Assembly: GCA_964634935.1 (NCBI GenBank) | Contig: CAZWJT010000005.1 | Span: forward strand, 71,128-135,127 | Source of the DNA: an uncultured Planctomycetia bacterium | Lineage (GTDB): Bacteria; Omnitrophota; Gorgyraeia; Duberdicusellales; Duberdicusellaceae | DNA length: 64,000 nucleotides | Reading direction: 5' to 3' | Shown: one piece after another, positions 27,476 through 35,483 of the stretch | Position numbering within the stretch: the stretch's first letter is position 1 | Layout of the letters: every line of letters begins with the position of its first letter | Made by a program: the position numbers and the translations under genes | Notes under the pieces: model-generated | The model's database searches: none | What the model was told of the DNA's origin: nothing | Seen by the model: only the letters and a program-made list of their open reading frames with translations

Positions 27476-29495
27476 AGGAAAAATCGGTAACTTCTAATTC
27501 TGGGTTCAACGGGTTAAACCCCTTGTAAGCCAGAATGTAGTATGCAGTTGAAGAAACAGCCCCCGTCGTTGTACCAGAAGGAGTCCTCCAGCCGTGCCCA
27601 GTATCTACATTACCAGAAGAAGCATACGGAAGACAACCTCTTCCTTGGCCGGAAGCCGAGGGCGATGAAACTACCATCTTTATCAACTCATTCAAGTATT
27701 TCTCGGCTAATAAACAGTACCGTCGTGATTGTTCCAAATTTCCTTTTTGAGAATGAAAATAAGCCATAATCTTGAAAGCAAGAATCATTTGTGCCGTCCA
27801 CTCCCCAGAAACCACTCCGCCGCGAGCACTGTGCATACTTCGAGAGAAGTCGAAACCTTCGAGCGGAATTTTTTTGTTTTGAGTCTCAAAAAAAGTACTT
27901 ACTTTGCATTTCTGGATTGCAAACTCGATAATCGCATCGGGATCCATCCCGCACCCGAGAAGAATTTCTGGCCCAACCGCTGTAATCGACCACGCGTAGG
28001 TATCCGTAGCTATGGTCGCATCACCTTTCCCGCGATTCACCGGAATGTGCCCTTTGGTATAAGAATAGGCGCGCAACCAGTTAAGAACATCTTTCTTTGC
28101 GCGGCTTGAGCGAGCATCTTTGAGAAAAAATTCAAGCTGAAGTAAAAAAGCGTACGCATCAAGATTGTGTTCGGTAGCATACCAGTTTACTTCTGGCCCG
28201 CCCCGGATTCCTCCTTCGGCATCCTGAACGGTAGTAAGAAACTGGAATACCCCACGGGCCAATTCAAGGTATCTTTTATCCCGGGTCACAGACCAATAAC
28301 GCAAAGCAGCAAGACCAATCCAAATATTTGGCCCGCTGTGAACAATGTATTCGCAAGGATCCCCCGTTCGAGCATCATACGCGTTCATAAAACCATCTTT
28401 GTGTTTTTTAGCTGTGGAAAGGTAAAATTTCAATATTTTTTCTGCTGAAACGGTATCGTTATAGAGCAAAAATACAAAGACCGCTAAAGATTGATCGTAG
28501 CTAAAAGCCCAGTTCTCCAGGGTTTCATCACCCTCAAAACTCACAACCAGTCCTGTTTTTTGATTCTGATGACGCTTAATCCAGGAATACATTGCCTGCA
28601 CGCTTCGCTCATTGAATTGTTGCTTCTGGCCGGCCAGGACTCCGATGCGCTCAGTCTCTTGGGCAAGAAATGAATTTTCTTTCTGAAGCTCTTGACGCAG
28701 ATAACCATTCTCTCGCTGAAGCACTGCGATCTGCTTCTTCAGATTTTCCGCCTGCTCTTTGGTCTTTTGGATCTGCAAGACAACTTCTTGAACATCTGAA
28801 TCCATCGCGTGCAAAGATCGCTCTTTCTTCTGAAGCTGCTCATAATCTTGCATTAAAAGGCTATGCTCATATTGCAAATTATGCACCGTATTGTTTATTT
28901 TTCTTATCCGGTCATCAAGCAACCGTACAACAGTTTTCGATTGCGTAAGATATTTTTCTTGCAAACCAATCTCTTCATTTAAATTCGCTAAAACCCTCAC
29001 TAAGTTGCGGTTTGCCAAAACAACGCCACGGTTCCACATAAGCGTAGAAACTAGGAACATAAAAAGAACAACGACACACCCGATAATAAAACGGGGAATA
29101 AGAATTTTAGTCCACGTAAAGTTGAGAAGCATGCCAAGATCTCTTGGCTGAATATTTTGGAACATAAGTCCAAACTCATATCGAAAACCCTCGATGGTCT
29201 CATCCTTCCAAGAAACTAAAGCTTCCGCATGCAGCATCTGTCCAGTAAATGGAAGATGCATCGTGAGCTGAAAGCTGGTTTTCCCTGGCTCGATAAAATC
29301 CCAGAGTTGTCTCGGGAACGACAAACAACGCAATCGGATACCTCCACGCGAAACGTCAAAGGTAAATCCAGAAAAACTGGTTGTTTTCTTTTGAATGCCT
29401 ACAACCCTACATTCAACCGGAATGGCACTGCGGATACGCAGAAATTTTCTTCGGTCAAAGGCTGTTGATTTTTTACGCCTGAACACGCTCAACAT
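27462..29495 (-). CDS. PilZ domain, TM segment, coiled-coil and six-hairpin (alpha/alpha)6 glycosidase-like domain fusion protein
   Basis: N-terminus: 'RRKFLR' (RxxxR) and 'DVSRGG' (DxSxxG), a canonical PilZ. One TM helix ('LIPRFIIGCVVVLFMFLVSTLMW') is followed by a ~150-aa heptad-rich region. The C-terminal ~400 aa carry aromatic-rich helical-hairpin motifs ('SYDQSLAVFVFLL', 'TEHNLDAYAFLL', 'TAYYILAY') typical of (alpha/alpha)6-barrel glycoside hydrolases or epimerases. Confidence 0.5.
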   Translation of the reverse strand: MLSVFRRKKSTAFDRRKFLRIRSAIPVECRVVGIQKKTTSFSGFTFDVSRGGIRLRCLSFPRQLWDFIEPGKTSFQLTMHLPFTGQMLHAEALVSWKDETIEGFRYEFGLMFQNIQPRDLGMLLNFTWTKILIPRFIIGCVVVLFMFLVSTLMWNRGVVLANRNLVRVLANLNEEIGLQEKYLTQSKTVVRLLDDRIRKINNTVHNLQYEHSLLMQDYEQLQKKERSLHAMDSDVQEVVLQIQKTKEQAENLKKQIAVLQRENGYLRQELQKENSFLAQETERIGVLAGQKQQFNERSVQAMYSWIKRHQNQKTGLVVSFEGDETLENWAFSYDQSLAVFVFLLYNDTVSAEKILKFYLSTAKKHKDGFMNAYDARTGDPCEYIVHSGPNIWIGLAALRYWSVTRDKRYLELARGVFQFLTTVQDAEGGIRGGPEVNWYATEHNLDAYAFLLQLEFFLKDARSSRAKKDVLNWLRAYSYTKGHIPVNRGKGDATIATDTYAWSITAVGPEILLGCGMDPDAIIEFAIQKCKVSTFFETQNKKIPLEGFDFSRSMHSARGGVVSGEWTAQMILAFKIMAYFHSQKGNLEQSRRYCLLAEKYLNELIKMVVSSPSASGQGRGCLPYASSGNVDTGHGWRTPSGTTTGAVSSTAYYILAYKGFNPLNPELEVTDFSCDHE

Positions 29496-30579
29496 GCTTC
29501 AATCTTTCTCCCAGAGGAGGGTGGGTATAGAAAAAAAACTTAACGAGCCGGGAAGGGTGGGCGTCTGAGAAATTAACTCTCCCAAGTTTCTGGAGGGCTG
29601 CGATGAATGCCGCGGGATTGCGGGAAAGTTTTACAGCGTACTTATCCGCAGCAAACTCAAGCTTTCTGCGGAACGCATTGGAAATGGGAAGCCAAAAAAG
29701 AGAACAAAAAGAAAAAACAAGGGCAAAAATAGGAAAATTCAACACATGCGTGTACGGCAAGAAAGAAAGTTTCTCAATGACCGCCTGGAATAAAATATAC
29801 GAGCATCCAAAAATCAAGAAAGCCCCGGCGGCTTCGAAAACCAAACACCGGAATTCATCGCGTTTCTTAAAATGACCTATCTCATGGGCACAAACTGCCT
29901 GTATTTCTTGAGGAGAAAAACCTGTAAGAAGAGTATCGGCAAGCATCAGTTTCTTGCTTTGCCCTAAACCAACAACGGCAGCATTAGCTTTTTTTGTTTT
30001 GTGAGAAACTCGTATTTTATAGATATCCTTGAGATCCAAAGAAGCAGTGGCAGCAAGTAACAAAAGTTCCTGCCGAAGCGTCCCCTTTTCCAGAGGCGCA
30101 TAAGGATAAAATATCGGGATAAGAACAAGCGGAGCGATATAGGAAATAAAAATCCCGATAAACACCCAGAGAATCCAAAGATACACCCAACCAAAGGGTA
30201 ACGGTAAGAACACATAGAGACCAAAAAAACCAAGACTAAAGAATAATCCTTGGAGTAGAAAGCGCTTGCAGTAATCAAGAAACCATGTCTTTTTTGTCTG
30301 TGTATTAAGACCAAAGTCTTCTTCTAGACGGAAATTCTCCAAGAAATCAAGAGGAAGAAAAATCAGAAAAACGCAGCAATAGAATAAAAGGGCGTAGCGG
30401 TAATAAGAAAAAAAACTCGACAGCACCACGGGAAAAAACACGCCTCCTGTGACATAAAAAAGAGAGATAGCATGAAAAATAAACAAAAAACCGCACCAAA
30501 GAATCAACCTTGCAACCACGCAATAAATTTTGAGGCGCTGATAGTTTTTTTCCGGAGAAAACATATTATACTGCTTCAC
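29473..30579 (-). CDS. M48 family (Ste24/HtpX-like) membrane zinc metalloprotease
   Basis: Multi-TM N-terminal half, HExxH 'CAHEIGHFKKRD', and a downstream Glu in 'EFAADKYAV'. Confidence 0.75.
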   Translation of the reverse strand: MKQYNMFSPEKNYQRLKIYCVVARLILWCGFLFIFHAISLFYVTGGVFFPVVLSSFFSYYRYALLFYCCVFLIFLPLDFLENFRLEEDFGLNTQTKKTWFLDYCKRFLLQGLFFSLGFFGLYVFLPLPFGWVYLWILWVFIGIFISYIAPLVLIPIFYPYAPLEKGTLRQELLLLAATASLDLKDIYKIRVSHKTKKANAAVVGLGQSKKLMLADTLLTGFSPQEIQAVCAHEIGHFKKRDEFRCLVFEAAGAFLIFGCSYILFQAVIEKLSFLPYTHVLNFPIFALVFSFCSLFWLPISNAFRRKLEFAADKYAVKLSRNPAAFIAALQKLGRVNFSDAHPSRLVKFFFYTHPPLGERLKHVERVQA

Positions 30580-30949
30580 AGACGCGCACTGGCCGGGATA
30601 CTTTTTGCAAGAAACCCTGAAAACGATCGTCTTTTTTCAGATTATCAAGATCCTTATCTTGAAGCATATACTGAATATCATCGTACCCAAAAACAAAAGA
30701 TTTGGTTAGATGCCGCAATGATTGATCTATGTTTTTCAAAAGAGCATGGCTACACGCAATATTATAGTGTACGAGAGGATCGCAAGGATGCAACTGTGAA
30801 AGCATCGTATCGATTTTAAGCCCCTCCTCGTAGAAACCGTTCTCCGTATAAGCATTTCCCAGGCAAACCAATGCCTCAAAGAAAGGACGGTCCTGAACAA
30901 CCCCCTCATAGAAACGAATTGTAAAATTCTTTCTCCTATGTGTTTTCAT
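30566..30949 (-). CDS. Small TPR-like helical protein, hypothetical
   Basis: The 127-aa helical protein has TPR-like 'YNIACSHALLKNIDQSLRHLTKS' and overlaps neighbours on both sides by a few nt, consistent with an operon. Confidence 0.4.
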   Translation of the reverse strand: MKTHRRKNFTIRFYEGVVQDRPFFEALVCLGNAYTENGFYEEGLKIDTMLSQLHPCDPLVHYNIACSHALLKNIDQSLRHLTKSFVFGYDDIQYMLQDKDLDNLKKDDRFQGFLQKVSRPVRVCEAV

Positions 30950-33326
30950 CTTTCTCCAGGATAATTTGCTGTTTTAAACTGTCTAAAATGCGTTCAACCA
31001 CGTTTTTAAACTGAGGGTATTCTCCTCTGGTGACTTCGCGTCGGTGAATCGTCATCACTTGTAAAAATTGTACCATACTCTCTTTGTGTGTATAGAATAT
31101 TTTTAGAGAAACCCATGGACTGACAATATCAACAAAATCTGGCAGATATTTCACTTTTAAATTCCCCGGCAGATGAACGTCAGCGCTAATGCGCATCGTA
31201 TAAAGACCCTTTAAAGAAACCGGATATTTTCTATCATCTTTCGAAAGATACGAAGCATCTAATACGTTTTCGGAAAGCAAGGGCAACACCCTGAGTCCCT
31301 TAACTTTACTCAGCAGCGCTGAAGCATCAAACACATAACGGATAAAAGGAGATTCTGTCAGCGCCTCTTCCCCCCGTATCTTAAACTCTTTCATCGTCGC
31401 AACAGAAGATAGAGTACGCATTTTTTCTTGCAGATCCTCTTCAACAAGAGTAATCGGCGTATGTTGCAAATACAATCGCCTGATCGCGGAATAAAAACCG
31501 CTCGATTCAATGGTGCGGGTAACTCGAGCAGTTTCATCGTGTTTCATCGCGATATCCGTATGAATCGAAAGGCTATTCTGTGATAAAACCGGTGTATTCA
31601 CAATCAATGGTTTTTCCTTGGTGCAAATAAGCACAGAACGGCCCTGATCCGCAAGAGGTAAATCACCAAAGGAGACGGTTGAAGCTGTGGGATCCATAAA
31701 AATAAAAGAATCTTTAATCTTTACACACGCAATAGCATGATTAAAATACAAGCAAGGAAAATCCTCAACAAGATTATAGGCTTCCTCCGTTGGAATAAGC
31801 ACGGGATACGCCTCAATACCCACGCTCTTCAGTAAAGCGACTAAAAGAATCGCTTGATCCTTACAATCACCGTACTTGTTTAAAAACACGTCTTCCGCCG
31901 TATGCGGCTCATACCCACCCTTCCCGTATTCTACGGCAACATAGCGAATCTGCTGTGCGCAGAATTCATAGATTTTTCTCGCCCGGTCGCGTTCATTCTC
32001 GATGCCCGCGATCAGTTCTTTTACTTTCACTTTCATCATGGGAGTAAGCGTAAGTTTCTCGGAAATTAAAGCATTCCACCATTGGAAGATTTCATCCCAC
32101 GAAGTGAAGGTCGAGATAACAAGCGCTGGATTTACCAAAGAAGAAGCAACCATTTCTGCTTCTGGTAGAAACTGAGGAATATTTTCCATTTCCCATGTAA
32201 AACAGAGCTTGCCATTTTGGATTGATTTCTTTGGCTCAAGCGTCATATGCTCGGGGAGATATTCCGGATGTATGATTTTGAACGAAACAGGTTTTGTCTC
32301 AGGCACCTCAAGCTTCAATGATGCCTTTTGAACAGGATAATTTTCTTGGACATTGTAGATCAATGAGAAATCCTTACCATTGACCAATGAAGAGCGGTAA
32401 AACCTTGCCCTATATTCGACAACGCAGTTTTTGCTGACTTCCGGCATCGAAATAATTCTCACTCGAACATTGCTATACAAAGGAAAATTAAGATATTTCG
32501 AAACATCTCGAATATTTTCTTTCCCGGCGTAAACAACTCTACCTTCGGGGGTGATCGTCCGGGCAAATTCAAGCTCAACCCTCTCATAGGTTGAATCGTA
32601 TTCAAGCGCAATCTCTCCCCATTCTTCTTTGCCTTTCTCTTTGACTATCTTAACCGCCGCGTGAACAGTCGAAAGCATGGTATTCTCTTCTGAAACCTGT
32701 ATGAATTCATCAGAAAAAAGAACCACTGCGGACGCATCAGGGACGGATTCTGAAGCAGGAGCAGCAGTAATAACTTTCTTCAGAGAACTGGGTAGCTCTT
32801 CCTGGGCCAGAGTCGCCTTAATCCCTTGAATACGCTCACGAGCAAGCGCTTGATATGGATCAGAACCTACGGTTTTGTACACCTCTAACGCCTTCCCAAA
32901 AAGGTTTTTTTCCTCGAGAGTAACCCCATAGAGATAGAGTGCTTCTGGGTCAGAAAATTTTTCGACCTTTTCGAAAATCTCGAGAGCCCCCGTAAAATCA
33001 TTGAGACGAGCCAAGGTTTTACCGAGAAGCATCAAAGCGGTATTATCTTTTATTCCGGCAAGAAGCGGCTTGATTTTCTGGTAATCTCGATTGGAGTAGT
33101 AAAAATCTGCGCACTCGATCTTCAGCGATGGATCACCGGGAGCAGAAAGAATGGCTTTTTGGTAAGCCTTTTCTGCTTGCGCATAAAGAATGTTTGTTTG
33201 TTGGGCAAGAGTTTTCGCAGAGTGATCACGCGAAAAACATCCTGGAAGAAAAAGAATAAAAACAACAAAAAATATCCTAAAAGATATCTTCATTGCCTCT
33301 GGAGAAATCGCCCAATGCGCATACAA
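30936..33326 (-). CDS. DUF3857/transglutaminase-like cysteine protease-fold protein with N-terminal TPR region (secreted or lipoprotein)
   Basis: Signal/lipobox 'FILFLPGCF'. The transglutaminase core 'KYGDCKDQAILLVALLKSVGIEA' (G-D-C...) has downstream His and Asp. Its 796-aa size matches DUF3857-TGc-DUF3858 architectures. The start is likely the internal Met near 33293. Confidence 0.6.
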   Translation of the reverse strand: MYAHWAISPEAMKISFRIFFVVFILFLPGCFSRDHSAKTLAQQTNILYAQAEKAYQKAILSAPGDPSLKIECADFYYSNRDYQKIKPLLAGIKDNTALMLLGKTLARLNDFTGALEIFEKVEKFSDPEALYLYGVTLEEKNLFGKALEVYKTVGSDPYQALARERIQGIKATLAQEELPSSLKKVITAAPASESVPDASAVVLFSDEFIQVSEENTMLSTVHAAVKIVKEKGKEEWGEIALEYDSTYERVELEFARTITPEGRVVYAGKENIRDVSKYLNFPLYSNVRVRIISMPEVSKNCVVEYRARFYRSSLVNGKDFSLIYNVQENYPVQKASLKLEVPETKPVSFKIIHPEYLPEHMTLEPKKSIQNGKLCFTWEMENIPQFLPEAEMVASSLVNPALVISTFTSWDEIFQWWNALISEKLTLTPMMKVKVKELIAGIENERDRARKIYEFCAQQIRYVAVEYGKGGYEPHTAEDVFLNKYGDCKDQAILLVALLKSVGIEAYPVLIPTEEAYNLVEDFPCLYFNHAIACVKIKDSFIFMDPTASTVSFGDLPLADQGRSVLICTKEKPLIVNTPVLSQNSLSIHTDIAMKHDETARVTRTIESSGFYSAIRRLYLQHTPITLVEEDLQEKMRTLSSVATMKEFKIRGEEALTESPFIRYVFDASALLSKVKGLRVLPLLSENVLDASYLSKDDRKYPVSLKGLYTMRISADVHLPGNLKVKYLPDFVDIVSPWVSLKIFYTHKESMVQFLQVMTIHRREVTRGEYPQFKNVVERILDSLKQQIILEKDENT

Positions 33327-34435
33327 GCTTCCTTGAGTAGGTCAAACTCTTGAGCAAACGATATGCGGACATAATCGTTGTATGCCTGACCAAACGCATT
33401 ACCAGGCACAACAGCAACTTTTTCAGCCTTGAGTAATTTACTGGCAAAATCCAGCGAAGAAAAACCCGAACGTTTGATAGAAGAAAAACAATAAAATGCA
33501 CCCTGAGGCGGAAGTGTTGTCATTCCTATCTCATTGAGTTTCTCAACGATAAAATTCCTCCTCCGCCGGTATTCACGCATCATATCAAAAACTCGCTTCT
33601 GAGAATGGAGAGCTTCAACAGCCCCGATTTGCGCAGTAATCGGAGCACAGAGCATAACGAAAGAATGAATTTTTGTCATCGCATCGATAACCGGAGATGG
33701 AGCGCAAGCAAAGCCTACGCGCAGACCGGTCATCGCATAATTTTTTGAGAATCCTCCCAAATAAATTGTTTTTTCACGAGCACCAGGAAAAGCCGCAAAA
33801 GGAGTATGAGGAAAATCGAAACTCAGCTGGTCGTACACTTCGTCGGAAATAATAAGCGTATCTTCTTTCCGGAGTATTTCCCAGAGAATACGCAATTCCT
33901 TCTTGGTATAGGAAACTCCCGTAGGATTCGCCGGATAGTTGAGAATAATCGCTTTCGGTTTCTGTTTCAGCAATACCTTGAGTTTCGCGGGATTGATTTT
34001 AAACTGTTCTTCTTGGGTGGTACACAAATCAAGTACCTGGCCACCAGCAAGTTCAACATCAGCGGAATACGCGACATACGACGGCCGGACGACAATAACC
34101 TTATCTTGCGGATCAAGAATGGCCCGAAGCGCAAGATCAAGAGCTTGACTTACTCCGACGGTTATGAGAATTTCACGCTCGGCATTATAGCGTAAACCGT
34201 AAGTTTTCTTAAGAAAAACCTCGAGCTCCCGTCTTAAGCGAAGAAGTCCCTTGTTTGACGTATAGGAAGTAACCCCTTCTTCCAATGAAGAAATAACTTT
34301 CTCCCGGATATTCCAGGGTGTTACAAAATCAGGCTCGCCGACCCCCAATGAAATTACATCTTCCATCCCCAGCACGAGATCAAAAAAAACTCGGATCCCG
34401 GAAGGCGGAAGACTCGATACTTTTTTCGCTATCAT
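33290..34435 (-). CDS. Class I/II pyridoxal-phosphate aminotransferase (aspartate aminotransferase-like)
   Basis: PLP-lysine region 'LGGFSKNYAMTGLRVGFA'. The 381-aa protein shows N-terminal 'GEPDF' and 'NPTG' motifs. Confidence 0.8.
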   Translation of the reverse strand: MIAKKVSSLPPSGIRVFFDLVLGMEDVISLGVGEPDFVTPWNIREKVISSLEEGVTSYTSNKGLLRLRRELEVFLKKTYGLRYNAEREILITVGVSQALDLALRAILDPQDKVIVVRPSYVAYSADVELAGGQVLDLCTTQEEQFKINPAKLKVLLKQKPKAIILNYPANPTGVSYTKKELRILWEILRKEDTLIISDEVYDQLSFDFPHTPFAAFPGAREKTIYLGGFSKNYAMTGLRVGFACAPSPVIDAMTKIHSFVMLCAPITAQIGAVEALHSQKRVFDMMREYRRRRNFIVEKLNEIGMTTLPPQGAFYCFSSIKRSGFSSLDFASKLLKAEKVAVVPGNAFGQAYNDYVRISFAQEFDLLKEACMRIGRFLQRQ

Positions 34436-34445
34436 AGTGCTTCAA

Positions 34446-34928
34446 TCAATAGGTAATATTCAGCCGCTTGTTAGTTGAGACTTTTTTAAAAACAACTCCG
34501 TCTTCTTTATACTTCTTCAAAAGAAAGTGCGTAGCCGTCCCCCGCACAGAAGGTAACGGAGAAAGTTTCTCGGCAACAAAACTCGCTACCGTATGAATAT
34601 CTTTCCCCTCAACGATGACTAAAATATCGTACGTTCCCGAAACCAAATAACAGTTTTTCACTTCAGGAAACCGGTAAATTCTTTCGGCAATTGCCTGGAA
34701 ACCAACATCTTTCTCGGGCGTAACCTGCACTTCTATAAGCGCCATGACTGATTTGTGATTCTCAAGGCTTGATCGATCTACGATCGTCTTATACTTAACG
34801 ATTACTCCTTTTTTCTCATATTGCTTAATTCGGCGGTTTACTTCCTTTTCGCTCAACCGTGTTAACTTAGCAATCTCTCGATCGGAAATCCTCGCGTTAT
34901 TTTCTAAAATCTCAAGAATCTCGTCCAT
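34446..34928 (-). CDS. Lrp/AsnC family transcriptional regulator
   Basis: HTH 'NARISDREIAKLTRLSEKEVNRRIK' with a C-terminal RAM domain. It is 160 aa. Confidence 0.85.
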   Translation of the reverse strand: MDEILEILENNARISDREIAKLTRLSEKEVNRRIKQYEKKGVIVKYKTIVDRSSLENHKSVMALIEVQVTPEKDVGFQAIAERIYRFPEVKNCYLVSGTYDILVIVEGKDIHTVASFVAEKLSPLPSVRGTATHFLLKKYKEDGVVFKKVSTNKRLNITY

Positions 34929-34991
34929 ACATCCTCCTCTTTCATCTTACCGACAGATCAAAAAGATGGCATACGTTTCACTCCAAATTCA

Positions 34992-35071
34992 TGCCGGGAG
35001 AGGGATTTGAACCCTCACGCCGAAGCATACGCCCCTCAAACGTATGTGTCTGCCAATTCCACCATCCCGGC
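34992..35071 (-). tRNA. tRNA-Leu (anticodon GAG), 80 nt with an 11-nt variable arm, no encoded CCA
   Basis: Manual fold of the reverse complement gives acceptor GCCGGGA/TCCCGGC, anticodon stem TACGT/GCGTA (one G-U) with loop TTGAGGG, and T-arm GAGGG-TTCAAAT-CCCTC. Confidence 0.6.
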
Positions 35072-35133
35072 TTTGAATCGAGTTAAATTATAGCATAGAT
35101 TATTGAGAATGCAATTGAAGCGAAAAAAGAGTC

Positions 35134-35481
35134 CTATGAAGCGGTCGCGGAAGAATCTTCAGGTATAATAAAGTCAACTTTCACGCAAATCCGAAATAAC
35201 TCAGAAAACATCCTCTTAATCCAAACAACTTGCCCGGTCTGGCGAATATTGGGAAAATCCCCTTTTGAACAAAGCCATATTTCCACTTTATCACCGACAA
35301 AGAACAATTTTGCGCTCTCCACGTAAACATTGCTCTCTTTGACTGCAACACACCTGCCACCACTTTCAAAGTCTTTACTTAAATTACGCAGACTTATACT
35401 CGTGCGTACATCCAAAAAGTCTGATACCCCCTGGATACTCATCATCTTTTTCTGCTGTACTCTATTATCCATAGTCTGCAA
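35134..35481 (-). CDS. Small PilZ-like (degenerate) protein, co-transcribed with the giant gene
   Basis: The 115-aa protein starts 3 nt after the giant ORF stop. 'RTSISLR ... DFESGG' resembles PilZ RxxxR/DxSxxG with shifted spacing, and a beta-barrel-like hydrophobic pattern follows. Confidence 0.3.
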   Translation of the reverse strand: MQTMDNRVQQKKMMSIQGVSDFLDVRTSISLRNLSKDFESGGRCVAVKESNVYVESAKLFFVGDKVEIWLCSKGDFPNIRQTGQVVWIKRMFSELFRICVKVDFIIPEDSSATAS

Positions 35482-35483
35482 AA

